Virus record (IMG/VR): IMGVR_UViG_3300020473_000034 | Coordinates: 1 to 55,225 of that record | DNA: 55,225 nucleotides | Reading direction: 5' to 3' (one strand) | Source of the DNA: a virus | Lineage: Duplodnaviria; Caudoviricetes | Part shown: positions 7,153 to 13,284 of the stretch, in pieces | Layout: each line of letters opens with the position of its first letter | Numbering within the stretch: position 1 is the stretch's first letter | The notes under the pieces: generated by a model | Told to the model about the DNA's origin: nothing | Seen by the model: only the letters and a program-made list of their open reading frames with translations | Databases searched by the model: none | Made by a program: the position numbers and the translations under genes

Positions 7153-7209
7153 GTGACAGTCTGCAAAGTGTCCACTAAATCCCCCATAGAGGGGATTTTT
7201 TGCTATTAT
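7153..7209 (+). promoter_or_regulatory. Early promoter element copy 9 with embedded hairpin/terminator
   Basis: GTGACAG-tctgcaaa-GTGTCCA, then AAATCCCC..GGGGATTT plus T, then TGcTATTAT (7204-7209). Confidence 0.8.
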
Positions 7210-7214
7210 ATAAA

Positions 7215-7306
7215 TGTGGAGGGGGGTTGAGCATCCCTGAGACTCTTAATTAGACTGAGCAAATCAGTTAGCATAGAGTCAGACATCTGCTAATCCCTCT
7301 CCCACA
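7215..7306 (+). ncRNA. Putative structured leader/small RNA starting at the predicted TSS
   Basis: TGTGGAGGGGGGTTGAGCA (7215-7233) pairs with TGCTAATCCCTCTCCCACA (7288-7306). Inner helices are GACTCT/AGAGTC and GACTGA-gcaaa-TCAGTT. Confidence 0.6.
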
Positions 7307-7337
7307 CTAACCAAAGTCCCTTTAATTCTTTTTACTT

Positions 7338-7685
7338 ATGAGAAAAATTGAAAGACAAATGAATTTCGCAATCTCAAATAAGGGTAATTGGTCATCATCA
7401 AATACCAGAGTTGAGTATAACGAAAATTCAAATTGTTCTTCTGTTTATCTACATGGTCATCAAATTGCAACCGTTTGCCATGAAACTAAAGCAGTTAAAT
7501 TGTCATCTTGTGGATATGAAACTAACACCACAAAATCAAGACTAAATGCTATTTTAGATGAGGTAAAATACGGTTGTAAAGTATTTCAAAAGAACTTTGT
7601 TTGGTTCGTTAATTATAACAATCAAAACCTAATGTTCTGGGATGGAATGATACTTATTGATGCCAATCATCTGGAGGTTGCGTAA
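7338..7685 (+). CDS. Conserved cyanophage hypothetical protein (MRKIERQMN...TTKSRLNA)
   Basis: ORF track and a motif recalled from cyanophage early regions. Confidence 0.8.
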   Translation: MRKIERQMNFAISNKGNWSSSNTRVEYNENSNCSSVYLHGHQIATVCHETKAVKLSSCGYETNTTKSRLNAILDEVKYGCKVFQKNFVWFVNYNNQNLMFWDGMILIDANHLEVA

Positions 7686-7734
7686 CATTTACGCACCTCT
7701 TTTTTCTTATTAATTATTACTTTCTTTCTTTATT

Positions 7735-7887
7735 ATGGAACCACTAACTATCAACATTTACGAAGAAGTTTGCAAGAGTTATGAACAATTTGGAAGCAAA
7801 TCTTTTGACGATATGTTTATAGGATTTGACGATCATTCTGTTTCATATCTTTATAACGAAGATTATTACAATGTAGAGGTGAAATAA
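7735..7887 (+). CDS. Small acidic hypothetical protein (50 aa)
   Basis: Manual translation that fills the gap. Confidence 0.55.
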   Translation: MEPLTINIYEEVCKSYEQFGSKSFDDMFIGFDDHSVSYLYNEDYYNVEVK

Positions 7888-7888
7888 T

Positions 7889-8125
7889 ATGAATAGTTTA
7901 CAAGAATTCGTGGATTATGTGTGGTCATTCTATAACCCACAATCCGAACTTTATCCTATTAAAGGTTTAACTAAGCAAGACATATTAGAGGCAAGTTGGT
8001 TATATTTACAGATGTGTTGTTATCCATCTATGCCTGAATATTCGTGGGGTGATGGTGATAGTTTAGATAGAGAAAATGTAAGAGATATATTACTTAAAAG
8101 TCCACAATTTACATTCGGAGGTTAA
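7889..8125 (+). CDS. Hypothetical protein (..WGDGDSLDRENVRD..)
   Basis: ORF track, GAGG RBS. Confidence 0.75.
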   Translation: MNSLQEFVDYVWSFYNPQSELYPIKGLTKQDILEASWLYLQMCCYPSMPEYSWGDGDSLDRENVRDILLKSPQFTFGG

Positions 8126-8126
8126 C

Positions 8127-8297
8127 ATGAACAAATTATCACTAACTGATGCTGAATTAGATTTCCTTAGTAACATTTTAGATCAGTACGATTACACTGA
8201 GGAAGATGTTGATTTATTTACCAAATTAGAGTATAAAGTATATAAAACAAGACCACAATCTTATCAAGACAAACTAACAACAATCGGGGGTAATTAA
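8127..8297 (+). CDS. Small hypothetical protein (56 aa)
   Basis: Manual translation, GGAGG RBS. Confidence 0.65.
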   Translation: MNKLSLTDAELDFLSNILDQYDYTEEDVDLFTKLEYKVYKTRPQSYQDKLTTIGGN

Positions 8298-8299
8298 CC

Positions 8300-8614
8300 A
8301 TGACTTATTATTCACAATCCGCAAATCCAAATGCAACTAATTCAGAATTAGATGCAAAGGTAATTATAAAGAATTACCAACTAAATTCGTCTCAGAAAGA
8401 TGAACTTATTGAGCAATTTGTTGAGTTACAAGTTGATAGTATGGACACGAAAACTTTAGTTGAGTTTGTAACAGATATTCTCATAGATGACTATTCTAAA
8501 TTAACAGATAATGAGTTAAAAGAGAGAGTTAATTTATTCCAAGATGATGAACAATTATATAATGAATTAGTTGAGAATGTATTAATTAGTGAACTATGTG
8601 AGGAGGTTAATTAA
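8300..8614 (+). CDS. Acidic hypothetical protein (104 aa)
   Basis: ORF track. Confidence 0.75.
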   Translation: MTYYSQSANPNATNSELDAKVIIKNYQLNSSQKDELIEQFVELQVDSMDTKTLVEFVTDILIDDYSKLTDNELKERVNLFQDDEQLYNELVENVLISELCEEVN

Positions 8615-8616
8615 CA

Positions 8617-8946
8617 ATGAAAACAGGTGACGTAATCTACACTAAAATTGCAAAGATGGGAAACAAAGTAAGACCATGTATTGCAATCTGTGGTAATAGT
8701 TTAAAAGAACTGTTTTTAGTTCCAATATCATCTAAGGATTGGAATACACTATCTACAGTATCAATTAGTTTCAAAGATAAGCAAGGAAGTGCAGTATTAA
8801 ACGAGGCATTTATAGGGTCAGTAAATAACATTCAAACTTCACAATGGTCAGTTAGTGATAATGCTTTTAATAAGATATTTCAGAGACTAAATGAAAGACT
8901 AGATGATAATTGGAAAGCGTTTATATCAACTTATGGGTGCGTATAA
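8617..8946 (+). CDS. PemK/MazF-fold protein (putative endoribonuclease)
   Basis: 109 aa with MKTGDVIY...KVRPCIAI...FLVPISSK, matching the GD..K.RP.hhh...hhPhSS/T signature of PemK/MazF. Confidence 0.6.
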   Translation: MKTGDVIYTKIAKMGNKVRPCIAICGNSLKELFLVPISSKDWNTLSTVSISFKDKQGSAVLNEAFIGSVNNIQTSQWSVSDNAFNKIFQRLNERLDDNWKAFISTYGCV

Positions 8947-8983
8947 TGTTATTTTTATTCCCAAATTCACCCCCTAATTAACA

Positions 8984-9148
8984 ATGAACTCTACAGAATT
9001 AGACAATTTCAGTATCAGAAACAAATCTGATTTAGACAAGTTAAGTGATGCTTACGAAGGCAATCTTCTCAACTATTTTTATGGATTTACACCCGAAGAA
9101 TCCAAACAATTTAATCAAGTAAAAAGACAAATTAGGAGGACTAAGTAA
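8984..9148 (+). CDS. Small hypothetical protein (54 aa)
   Basis: Manual translation, TAATTAACAATG start context. Confidence 0.6.
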   Translation: MNSTELDNFSIRNKSDLDKLSDAYEGNLLNYFYGFTPEESKQFNQVKRQIRRTK

Positions 9149-9150
9149 CA

Positions 9151-9282
9151 ATGAAAAACTTTTTATTAGGTGCATTAAGTGTTATTTTAGTATATCAAGT
9201 CGTACTCCCTAAGTATGTTGATGACCTATGGTATTTGGAACAAGAATATAACATTTCATTTCAAACTTCACCCCTTAATTAA
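9151..9282 (+). CDS. Small protein with an N-terminal hydrophobic helix (43 aa)
   Basis: Manual translation, AGGAGG RBS. Confidence 0.6.
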   Translation: MKNFLLGALSVILVYQVVLPKYVDDLWYLEQEYNISFQTSPLN

Positions 9283-9284
9283 CA

Positions 9285-9503
9285 ATGAAAACAACACAAT
9301 TAGAAAAGGACATTGCATTTTGTATTGATGAATTAGACCTTTCTGATGAACAAATAGGAGAGATATTACGTGCATGTGAGAAACTAGGTAACATCAGTTG
9401 TGAATACTTTTGTGAGGAATTTATCTTCGAAGAGTATAACGAAGATGCCCTAGATCGTTACCATGATGATAACTATCTCAAGATAAATTGGTCATTAGAT
9501 TGA
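9285..9503 (+). CDS. Acidic hypothetical protein (72 aa)
   Basis: ORF track. Confidence 0.75.
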   Translation: MKTTQLEKDIAFCIDELDLSDEQIGEILRACEKLGNISCEYFCEEFIFEEYNEDALDRYHDDNYLKINWSLD

Positions 9504-9528
9504 CAATTAATTCCAATAAGTGTATAAT
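9500..9528 (+). promoter_or_regulatory. Host-like sigma70 promoter TTGACA-17-TATAAT
   Basis: Perfect consensus. ATG 9536 lies close to the predicted TSS. Confidence 0.85.
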
Positions 9529-9535
9529 ATAAAGT

Positions 9536-9766
9536 ATGAAATACGTTTACATTATTGACTATTGGATAACATTTCCCTCATCAGAATATGGGGGAATTGT
9601 TATATGTATTGCCGAGACAGATACAGAGGTATTCGAGTTACTTTTAAATGAACAATCGTTCCCTGAAAGTAATACAAACGCTATCATGGAAAGTATTAAA
9701 AGTGCGACCAAATTAGCATTAAAAGATGAATATGAATCTGGTATAATTGAGGCATTTACTACATAA
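9536..9766 (+). CDS. Conserved cyanophage hypothetical protein (YIIDYW..FPSSEYGG)
   Basis: ORF track, directly after the promoter. Confidence 0.75.
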   Translation: MKYVYIIDYWITFPSSEYGGIVICIAETDTEVFELLLNEQSFPESNTNAIMESIKSATKLALKDEYESGIIEAFTT

Positions 9767-9793
9767 ATTAAATTAGCAATTACACTCACTATT

Positions 9794-9958
9794 ATGACAT
9801 TACTTTATGCGATTGAGGAACAAAGTACAACTGGATGGAACAAATTAGATCAACAATATAGACATTTAACAAGAGAAGAATGTAAGACTAAGTATGATTT
9901 TCTAATCCTAGATGGAGCAAATCCAGAAGATTTAAGGATAGTAAGAGACGACCTTTAA
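9794..9958 (+). CDS. Small hypothetical protein (54 aa, ..IEEQSTTGW..LTREEC..G.NP..LRIVR)
   Basis: Manual translation. Confidence 0.65.
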   Translation: MTLLYAIEEQSTTGWNKLDQQYRHLTREECKTKYDFLILDGANPEDLRIVRDDL

Positions 9959-9980
9959 TTAACACTCACTTCGTACAATC

Positions 9981-10382
9981 ATGTCTACTAAGTATATCCC
10001 GGAAGTAAATGATTACGTGATTTGGAATAGACCTAATGGAGATATTGATGAAGGTTGGATATATTTTATTGGTGATATTCCCGAAGTTAAAAAAGGTTTT
10101 CCTACTCGTGATCGTTACCTTACTATAGAAATAGGAACGAAAGATAAGAACCCTTGTGTATATACAAGTGGCAAACCAATGTTACATAAGAAGCATCATA
10201 TTTGCCTACTATGTTATGAACAGTGCTGGAAAGAGTTGGTATTTGTTAAAAGAAGAAAGAGTAAATTAGACGATACGATAATACTAACCGCCGAAGAATT
10301 GTCTGTGGAAAAGTATAAACAATCAGATGATAATAGTGTTGATATGTATAAGTCACAAGAGCACAGATATGAGGATGTGTGA
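9981..10382 (+). CDS. Hypothetical protein (YIPEVNDYVIW...EGWIYF)
   Basis: ORF track. Confidence 0.75.
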   Translation: MSTKYIPEVNDYVIWNRPNGDIDEGWIYFIGDIPEVKKGFPTRDRYLTIEIGTKDKNPCVYTSGKPMLHKKHHICLLCYEQCWKELVFVKRRKSKLDDTIILTAEELSVEKYKQSDDNSVDMYKSQEHRYEDV

Positions 10383-10578
10383 TAACAATCGATTTGAAGA
10401 TTTATTCGTTAAATATCATTGAAACGGTATAATCTGATACATAAAATGTTAAAAATAAGGTTTTAAATACCTTTATAAATATACATCTGTTTATTATAGT
10501 TTTCCACATAGTTGTTAAAAAAGGGGGTGTAATCTGTGGATAAAGTGTTAATTAACTGTGGAAAAGTATTGTGGAAAA
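10304..10578. other. Cluster of five DnaA boxes with an AT-rich tract (candidate origin or DnaA-binding locus)
   Basis: TGTGGAAAA at 10304, 10557 and 10570, TTTTCCACA at 10500, TGTGGATAA at 10535. AT-rich stretch at 10441-10499. Confidence 0.6.
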
Positions 10579-10657
10579 AGTATTATATAGCGTTGTAATA
10601 TGATTTAATTAGTGTTATAAACGTCTTGTAATCTGCCGAGTTGATGCAACCTTTGCG

Positions 10658-10686
10658 AGCATAATATGAGGAAGGCAAGTTGTCAA
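10658..10686 (-). promoter_or_regulatory. Minus-strand sigma70 promoter TTGACA-17-TATGCT pointing into the DnaA-box cluster
   Basis: TGTCAA at 10681-10686 and AGCATA at 10658-10663 on the + strand, with a 17-bp spacer. Confidence 0.6.
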
Positions 10687-10784
10687 GTATCAGGGACGAT
10701 TTTTCAGCAATTCTTAACATTTAGCAACGCAAATACATATATACTATTATGAGTAAATAAAAACACTAAGTAACACTATATGTG

Positions 10785-10813
10785 TTGCAATATTCTGAGG
10801 TTTATGTTATAAT
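10785..10813 (+). promoter_or_regulatory. sigma70 promoter TTGCAA-17-TATAAT with extended -10
   Basis: Consensus match upstream of the ORF at 10837. Confidence 0.7.
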
Positions 10814-10836
10814 AACTCTATAATCACAGGGGAATT

Positions 10837-10980
10837 ATGAACGATTATGATGCCGAATTCGTGTGGGATTATGATAACTCATGCCATGATTTTCTTGAAG
10901 AAGATTCACAGTATGATGAAGATTATGCAAGGTTCGATGATAACAACTATCAAGAACTTGCCTATCGTCATTATGCATAA
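10837..10980 (+). CDS. Very acidic, Tyr-rich small protein (47 aa)
   Basis: Manual translation MNDYDAEFVWDYDN...ELAYRHYA, with an AGGGG RBS. Confidence 0.65.
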   Translation: MNDYDAEFVWDYDNSCHDFLEEDSQYDEDYARFDDNNYQELAYRHYA

Positions 10981-11096
10981 AGGCACGTAAATTTGGTCTT
11001 ATAGACTAACAACAATATAGGCACGATTAGGGCACGCTAAGTATAAACAATTGCGTGTTAGATTGTACTGCGTAGAATTATAAGAACGTCGGGACG

Positions 11097-11125
11097 ATTA
11101 TATCACAAAGTAGAAAGAACTGCAA
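11097..11125 (-). promoter_or_regulatory. Minus-strand promoter TTGCAG-17-TATAAT (extended -10), no downstream ORF
   Basis: CTGCAA at 11120-11125 and ATTATA at 11097-11102 on the + strand. Divergent from element copy 10. Confidence 0.6.
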
Positions 11126-11133
11126 GCGAATCT

Positions 11134-11192
11134 GTGTGACTTTATAAACTGGCACAGGACATATTGCAATGCGTTCAGTAATAGTGTAATAT
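11134..11192 (+). promoter_or_regulatory. Early promoter element copy 10
   Basis: GTGTGAC-tttataaa-CTGGCAC, TTGCAA at 11164-11169, 17-bp spacer, TAATAT at 11187-11192. Confidence 0.75.
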
Positions 11193-11220
11193 TAATATAT
11201 TGATTCGTTAATTGAAAACA

Positions 11221-11346
11221 ATGGAAGACAAATTACTCGAAGATCTTATCAACGAACCAGGTGAAATCTTTGACATCCCAGAGTTACAAACTGACGACAA
11301 ATTTGATGTCGAAAGTTATATTAATGGGGACACAGATTATGCGTGA
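11221..11346 (+). CDS. Small acidic protein (41 aa, ..PGEIFDIPEL..KFDVESYING)
   Basis: Manual translation, after promoter copy 10. Confidence 0.65.
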   Translation: MEDKLLEDLINEPGEIFDIPELQTDDKFDVESYINGDTDYA

Positions 11347-11350
11347 TAAA

Positions 11351-11479
11351 ATGATAAGATATCCAGACGGATTTTATGCGGAAATTGAGAAATATGCCAG
11401 TGAATTAGAGGTCACTTGTGATTACTATCTCTCCGAATTTTATCTCCAAACTAACAACAACTCTTCACCCACTAAATGA
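11351..11479 (+). CDS. Small hypothetical protein (42 aa, ..ASELEVTCDYYLSEF..)
   Basis: 3' part of the track ORF 11261-11479, starting at ATG 11351. Confidence 0.6.
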   Translation: MIRYPDGFYAEIEKYASELEVTCDYYLSEFYLQTNNNSSPTK

Positions 11480-11607
11480 CAACAATTCGTTACTGCTTTC
11501 CTAACAATCAACGATACAAATTAATGTCCTTTAATTCTTATAATAAAGCACTAAAATGCATTGAGTTATTGAAAACAATTGATTGCAAGGTTGAGTTACA
11601 ACAATGA
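11476..11607 (+). CDS. Small hypothetical protein (43 aa, MTTIRYCFPN..)
   Basis: Manual translation, ATGA overlap with the upstream gene. Confidence 0.6.
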   Translation: MTTIRYCFPNNQRYKLMSFNSYNKALKCIELLKTIDCKVELQQ

Positions 11608-11633
11608 CCATGTAATCCTTATTCGTTCGTGAT

Positions 11634-11674
11634 AACAACAGTCCCCCGTATTTATGGGGGGTTGTTTATATTTT
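11634..11674 (+). terminator. GC-rich hairpin ending the early region
   Basis: AACAAC..CCCCCG-tattta-TGGGGGG-TTGTT followed by T-rich sequence. Confidence 0.55.
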
Positions 11675-11776
11675 CAATGGATCCCCTAAGCTATAAACGA
11701 CCCAGATCGACCTTTCGATATAAGGAATATAGAAATTTTTTTTGCTATATAAAAACGACCACAGGGTTTTCAGAGA

Positions 11777-11950
11777 ATGAAAAAAAATTTCGATGATATT
11801 TTTAGCACCATAGAGATCGATCCAGTAACAGATAGATATCATATAACGATACCAGAGGAAATAATTAATGAATTTGGATGGTACGAAGACCTTAGATTAA
11901 AGTGGAATATAGATAGTGGTGAAATCTTTATTACAGAGGCAGATGAGTGA
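11777..11950 (+). CDS. AbrB/MazE/SpoVT-like swapped-hairpin DNA-binding protein (57 aa)
   Basis: Manual translation. ITIPEEIINEFGW...LKWNIDSGEIFI fits the AbrB-family pattern. Confidence 0.65.
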   Translation: MKKNFDDIFSTIEIDPVTDRYHITIPEEIINEFGWYEDLRLKWNIDSGEIFITEADE

Positions 11951-12119
11951 TTCAACATTTCATATCTACTTAAAGGATGAATGTATATTTAAAGATTTAA
12001 ACGAAGAAGAATTCAATATAATATGGGGAAGGATATATAAATCTTATTTTAAGGAAGACATAACATATTCAGAGGTTACGGAAAACCCGACTAAGGTATA
12101 TGAAGAATCTTCATATTGA
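11943..12119 (+). CDS. Small hypothetical protein (MSDSTFHIYLKDECIFKDL..)
   Basis: ORF track, GAGG RBS before ATG 11943. Confidence 0.7.
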   Translation: MSDSTFHIYLKDECIFKDLNEEEFNIIWGRIYKSYFKEDITYSEVTENPTKVYEESSY

Positions 12120-12144
12120 CAATTACTATATAAACTGATATAAT
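12116..12144 (+). promoter_or_regulatory. Host-like sigma70 (middle-type) promoter TTGACA-17-TATAAT
   Basis: Perfect consensus with a TG extension. Confidence 0.85.
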
Positions 12145-12166
12145 TGATATGTAATTACAACAGATT

Positions 12167-12922
12167 ATGGCAAAAGGATTTACAGTAAAGGCAAAGGCAC
12201 CTGTTGCCCAAAAAGCCCCTGAATGGGACTATGCAAAAGCAAAGGAGATGGTCAAGGGAAAATCAGTAGTATTTTGTTTACCTGGTAGAGGAGTATCATA
12301 TGCATTCTTAAAATCTTTCGTTCAGCTTTGTTTTGATCTTGTGCAGAGTGGTGCAAGTATACAAATATCACAAGATTATAGTTCCATGGTGAATTTTGCA
12401 AGATGTAAGTGTCTTGGTGCAAATGTTTTAAGAGGGCCAGATCAAATTCCATGGGACGGAAAGTTAAAGTATGATTGGCAACTATGGATCGACTCGGACA
12501 TTGTTTTTAATTCTGAGAAGTTCTGGCAATTAGTTCTTATGGATCAGGATATTGCAGGTGGTTGGTACTGTACCGAAGATGGTAAGACTACTTCTGTAGC
12601 ACATTGGTTAGAAGAGGATGATTTTCGTAACAACGGTGGAGTGATGAATCACGAGACTATCGAAAGTATATCCAAACGTCGCAAACCATTCACAGTAGAC
12701 TATACAGGTTTCGGATGGTTATTAATTAAGCACGGAGTATTTGAGCACGATGGAATGCCTTATCCATGGTTTGCACCTAAGATGCAGGTATTCGATTCAG
12801 GAGAAGTTCAGGATATGTGTGGAGAGGACGTTTCTTTCTGCTTAGATGCCAAGGAAGCAGGTTTTGAAATATGGTGTGATCCTCGTATAAGGGTTGGGCA
12901 TGAAAAAACAAGAGTCATATAG
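12167..12922 (+). CDS. Conserved cyanophage GT-A-fold glycosyltransferase-like protein
   Basis: LWIDSD (DxD motif), TGFGWLLI, GEDVSFC and RVGHEK motifs. Confidence 0.8.
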   Translation: MAKGFTVKAKAPVAQKAPEWDYAKAKEMVKGKSVVFCLPGRGVSYAFLKSFVQLCFDLVQSGASIQISQDYSSMVNFARCKCLGANVLRGPDQIPWDGKLKYDWQLWIDSDIVFNSEKFWQLVLMDQDIAGGWYCTEDGKTTSVAHWLEEDDFRNNGGVMNHETIESISKRRKPFTVDYTGFGWLLIKHGVFEHDGMPYPWFAPKMQVFDSGEVQDMCGEDVSFCLDAKEAGFEIWCDPRIRVGHEKTRVI

Positions 12923-13067
12923 TATATTTCTAAATGGCAAAGAAGTATTCTCCCAACTCACTGAAGGAGAATACTTTGACCGTATGCAAGATTATGCAAT
13001 TGAATTTTACCAAACTGGGCATCCCACTGAGGATGAATTGAAAACTGTTATTAACACGGAGGACTAA
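12900..13067 (+). CDS. Small hypothetical protein (55 aa, ..LTEGEYFDRMQDYAIEFYQTG.P)
   Basis: Manual translation, overlapping the end of the upstream gene. Confidence 0.65.
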   Translation: MKKQESYSIFLNGKEVFSQLTEGEYFDRMQDYAIEFYQTGHPTEDELKTVINTED

Positions 13068-13213
13068 TGGCAAAAGCAAAGACGGGACTAACAGGTGCTG
13101 ATACTATAGAGGCAACACCGAAGAAGTCTCGACAAGGAAGGGGCAAACACTCAAAATACTCGGCAACATCCCGTAACTCGGCTCGCAAAAGATATAGAGG
13201 GCAAGGAAGATAA
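13067..13213 (+). CDS. Small very basic protein (48 aa, ..PKKSRQG...KRYRGQGR)
   Basis: Manual translation with a GGAGG RBS. The YRGQGR C-terminus is recalled from T4-like marine phages upstream of gp25. Confidence 0.75.
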   Translation: MAKAKTGLTGADTIEATPKKSRQGRGKHSKYSATSRNSARKRYRGQGR

Positions 13214-13219
13214 ATAAAG

Positions 13220-13247
13220 GACTCCATTCTATATGGGGTCTTTTTTT
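13220..13247 (+). terminator. Rho-independent terminator
   Basis: GACTCCAT-tctat-ATGGGGTC followed by a T run. Confidence 0.75.
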
Positions 13248-13259
13248 ATTAACAATTCA

Positions 13260-13267
13260 TATAAATA
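13260..13267 (+). promoter_or_regulatory. T4-type late promoter TATAAATA
   Basis: Exact gp55 consensus just upstream of the first structural gene. Confidence 0.8.
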
Positions 13268-13284
13268 GATAAAAAACTATTACC

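Noticed and set aside
8966-9288. Direct repeat TTCACCCC(C/T)TAATTAACAATGA before ORFs 8984 and 9285
   Set aside because: Best explained as the shared TTAAC(A/C)ATG translation-start context of many early genes. Two copies are too few to call a separate element.
151-11156. Repeated palindromes as a CRISPR array
   Set aside because: The copies are degenerate, are separated by hundreds to thousands of bp of coding genes, and are tied to -10 boxes. No cas genes are present.
4552-11479. ORF-track calls 6840-7058 and the starts at 4552, 5496, 6465 and 11261
   Set aside because: These starts fall inside promoters or overlap better ORFs with RBSs. They were replaced by 4588, 5538, 6501, 6812-6940, 11221-11346 and 11351.
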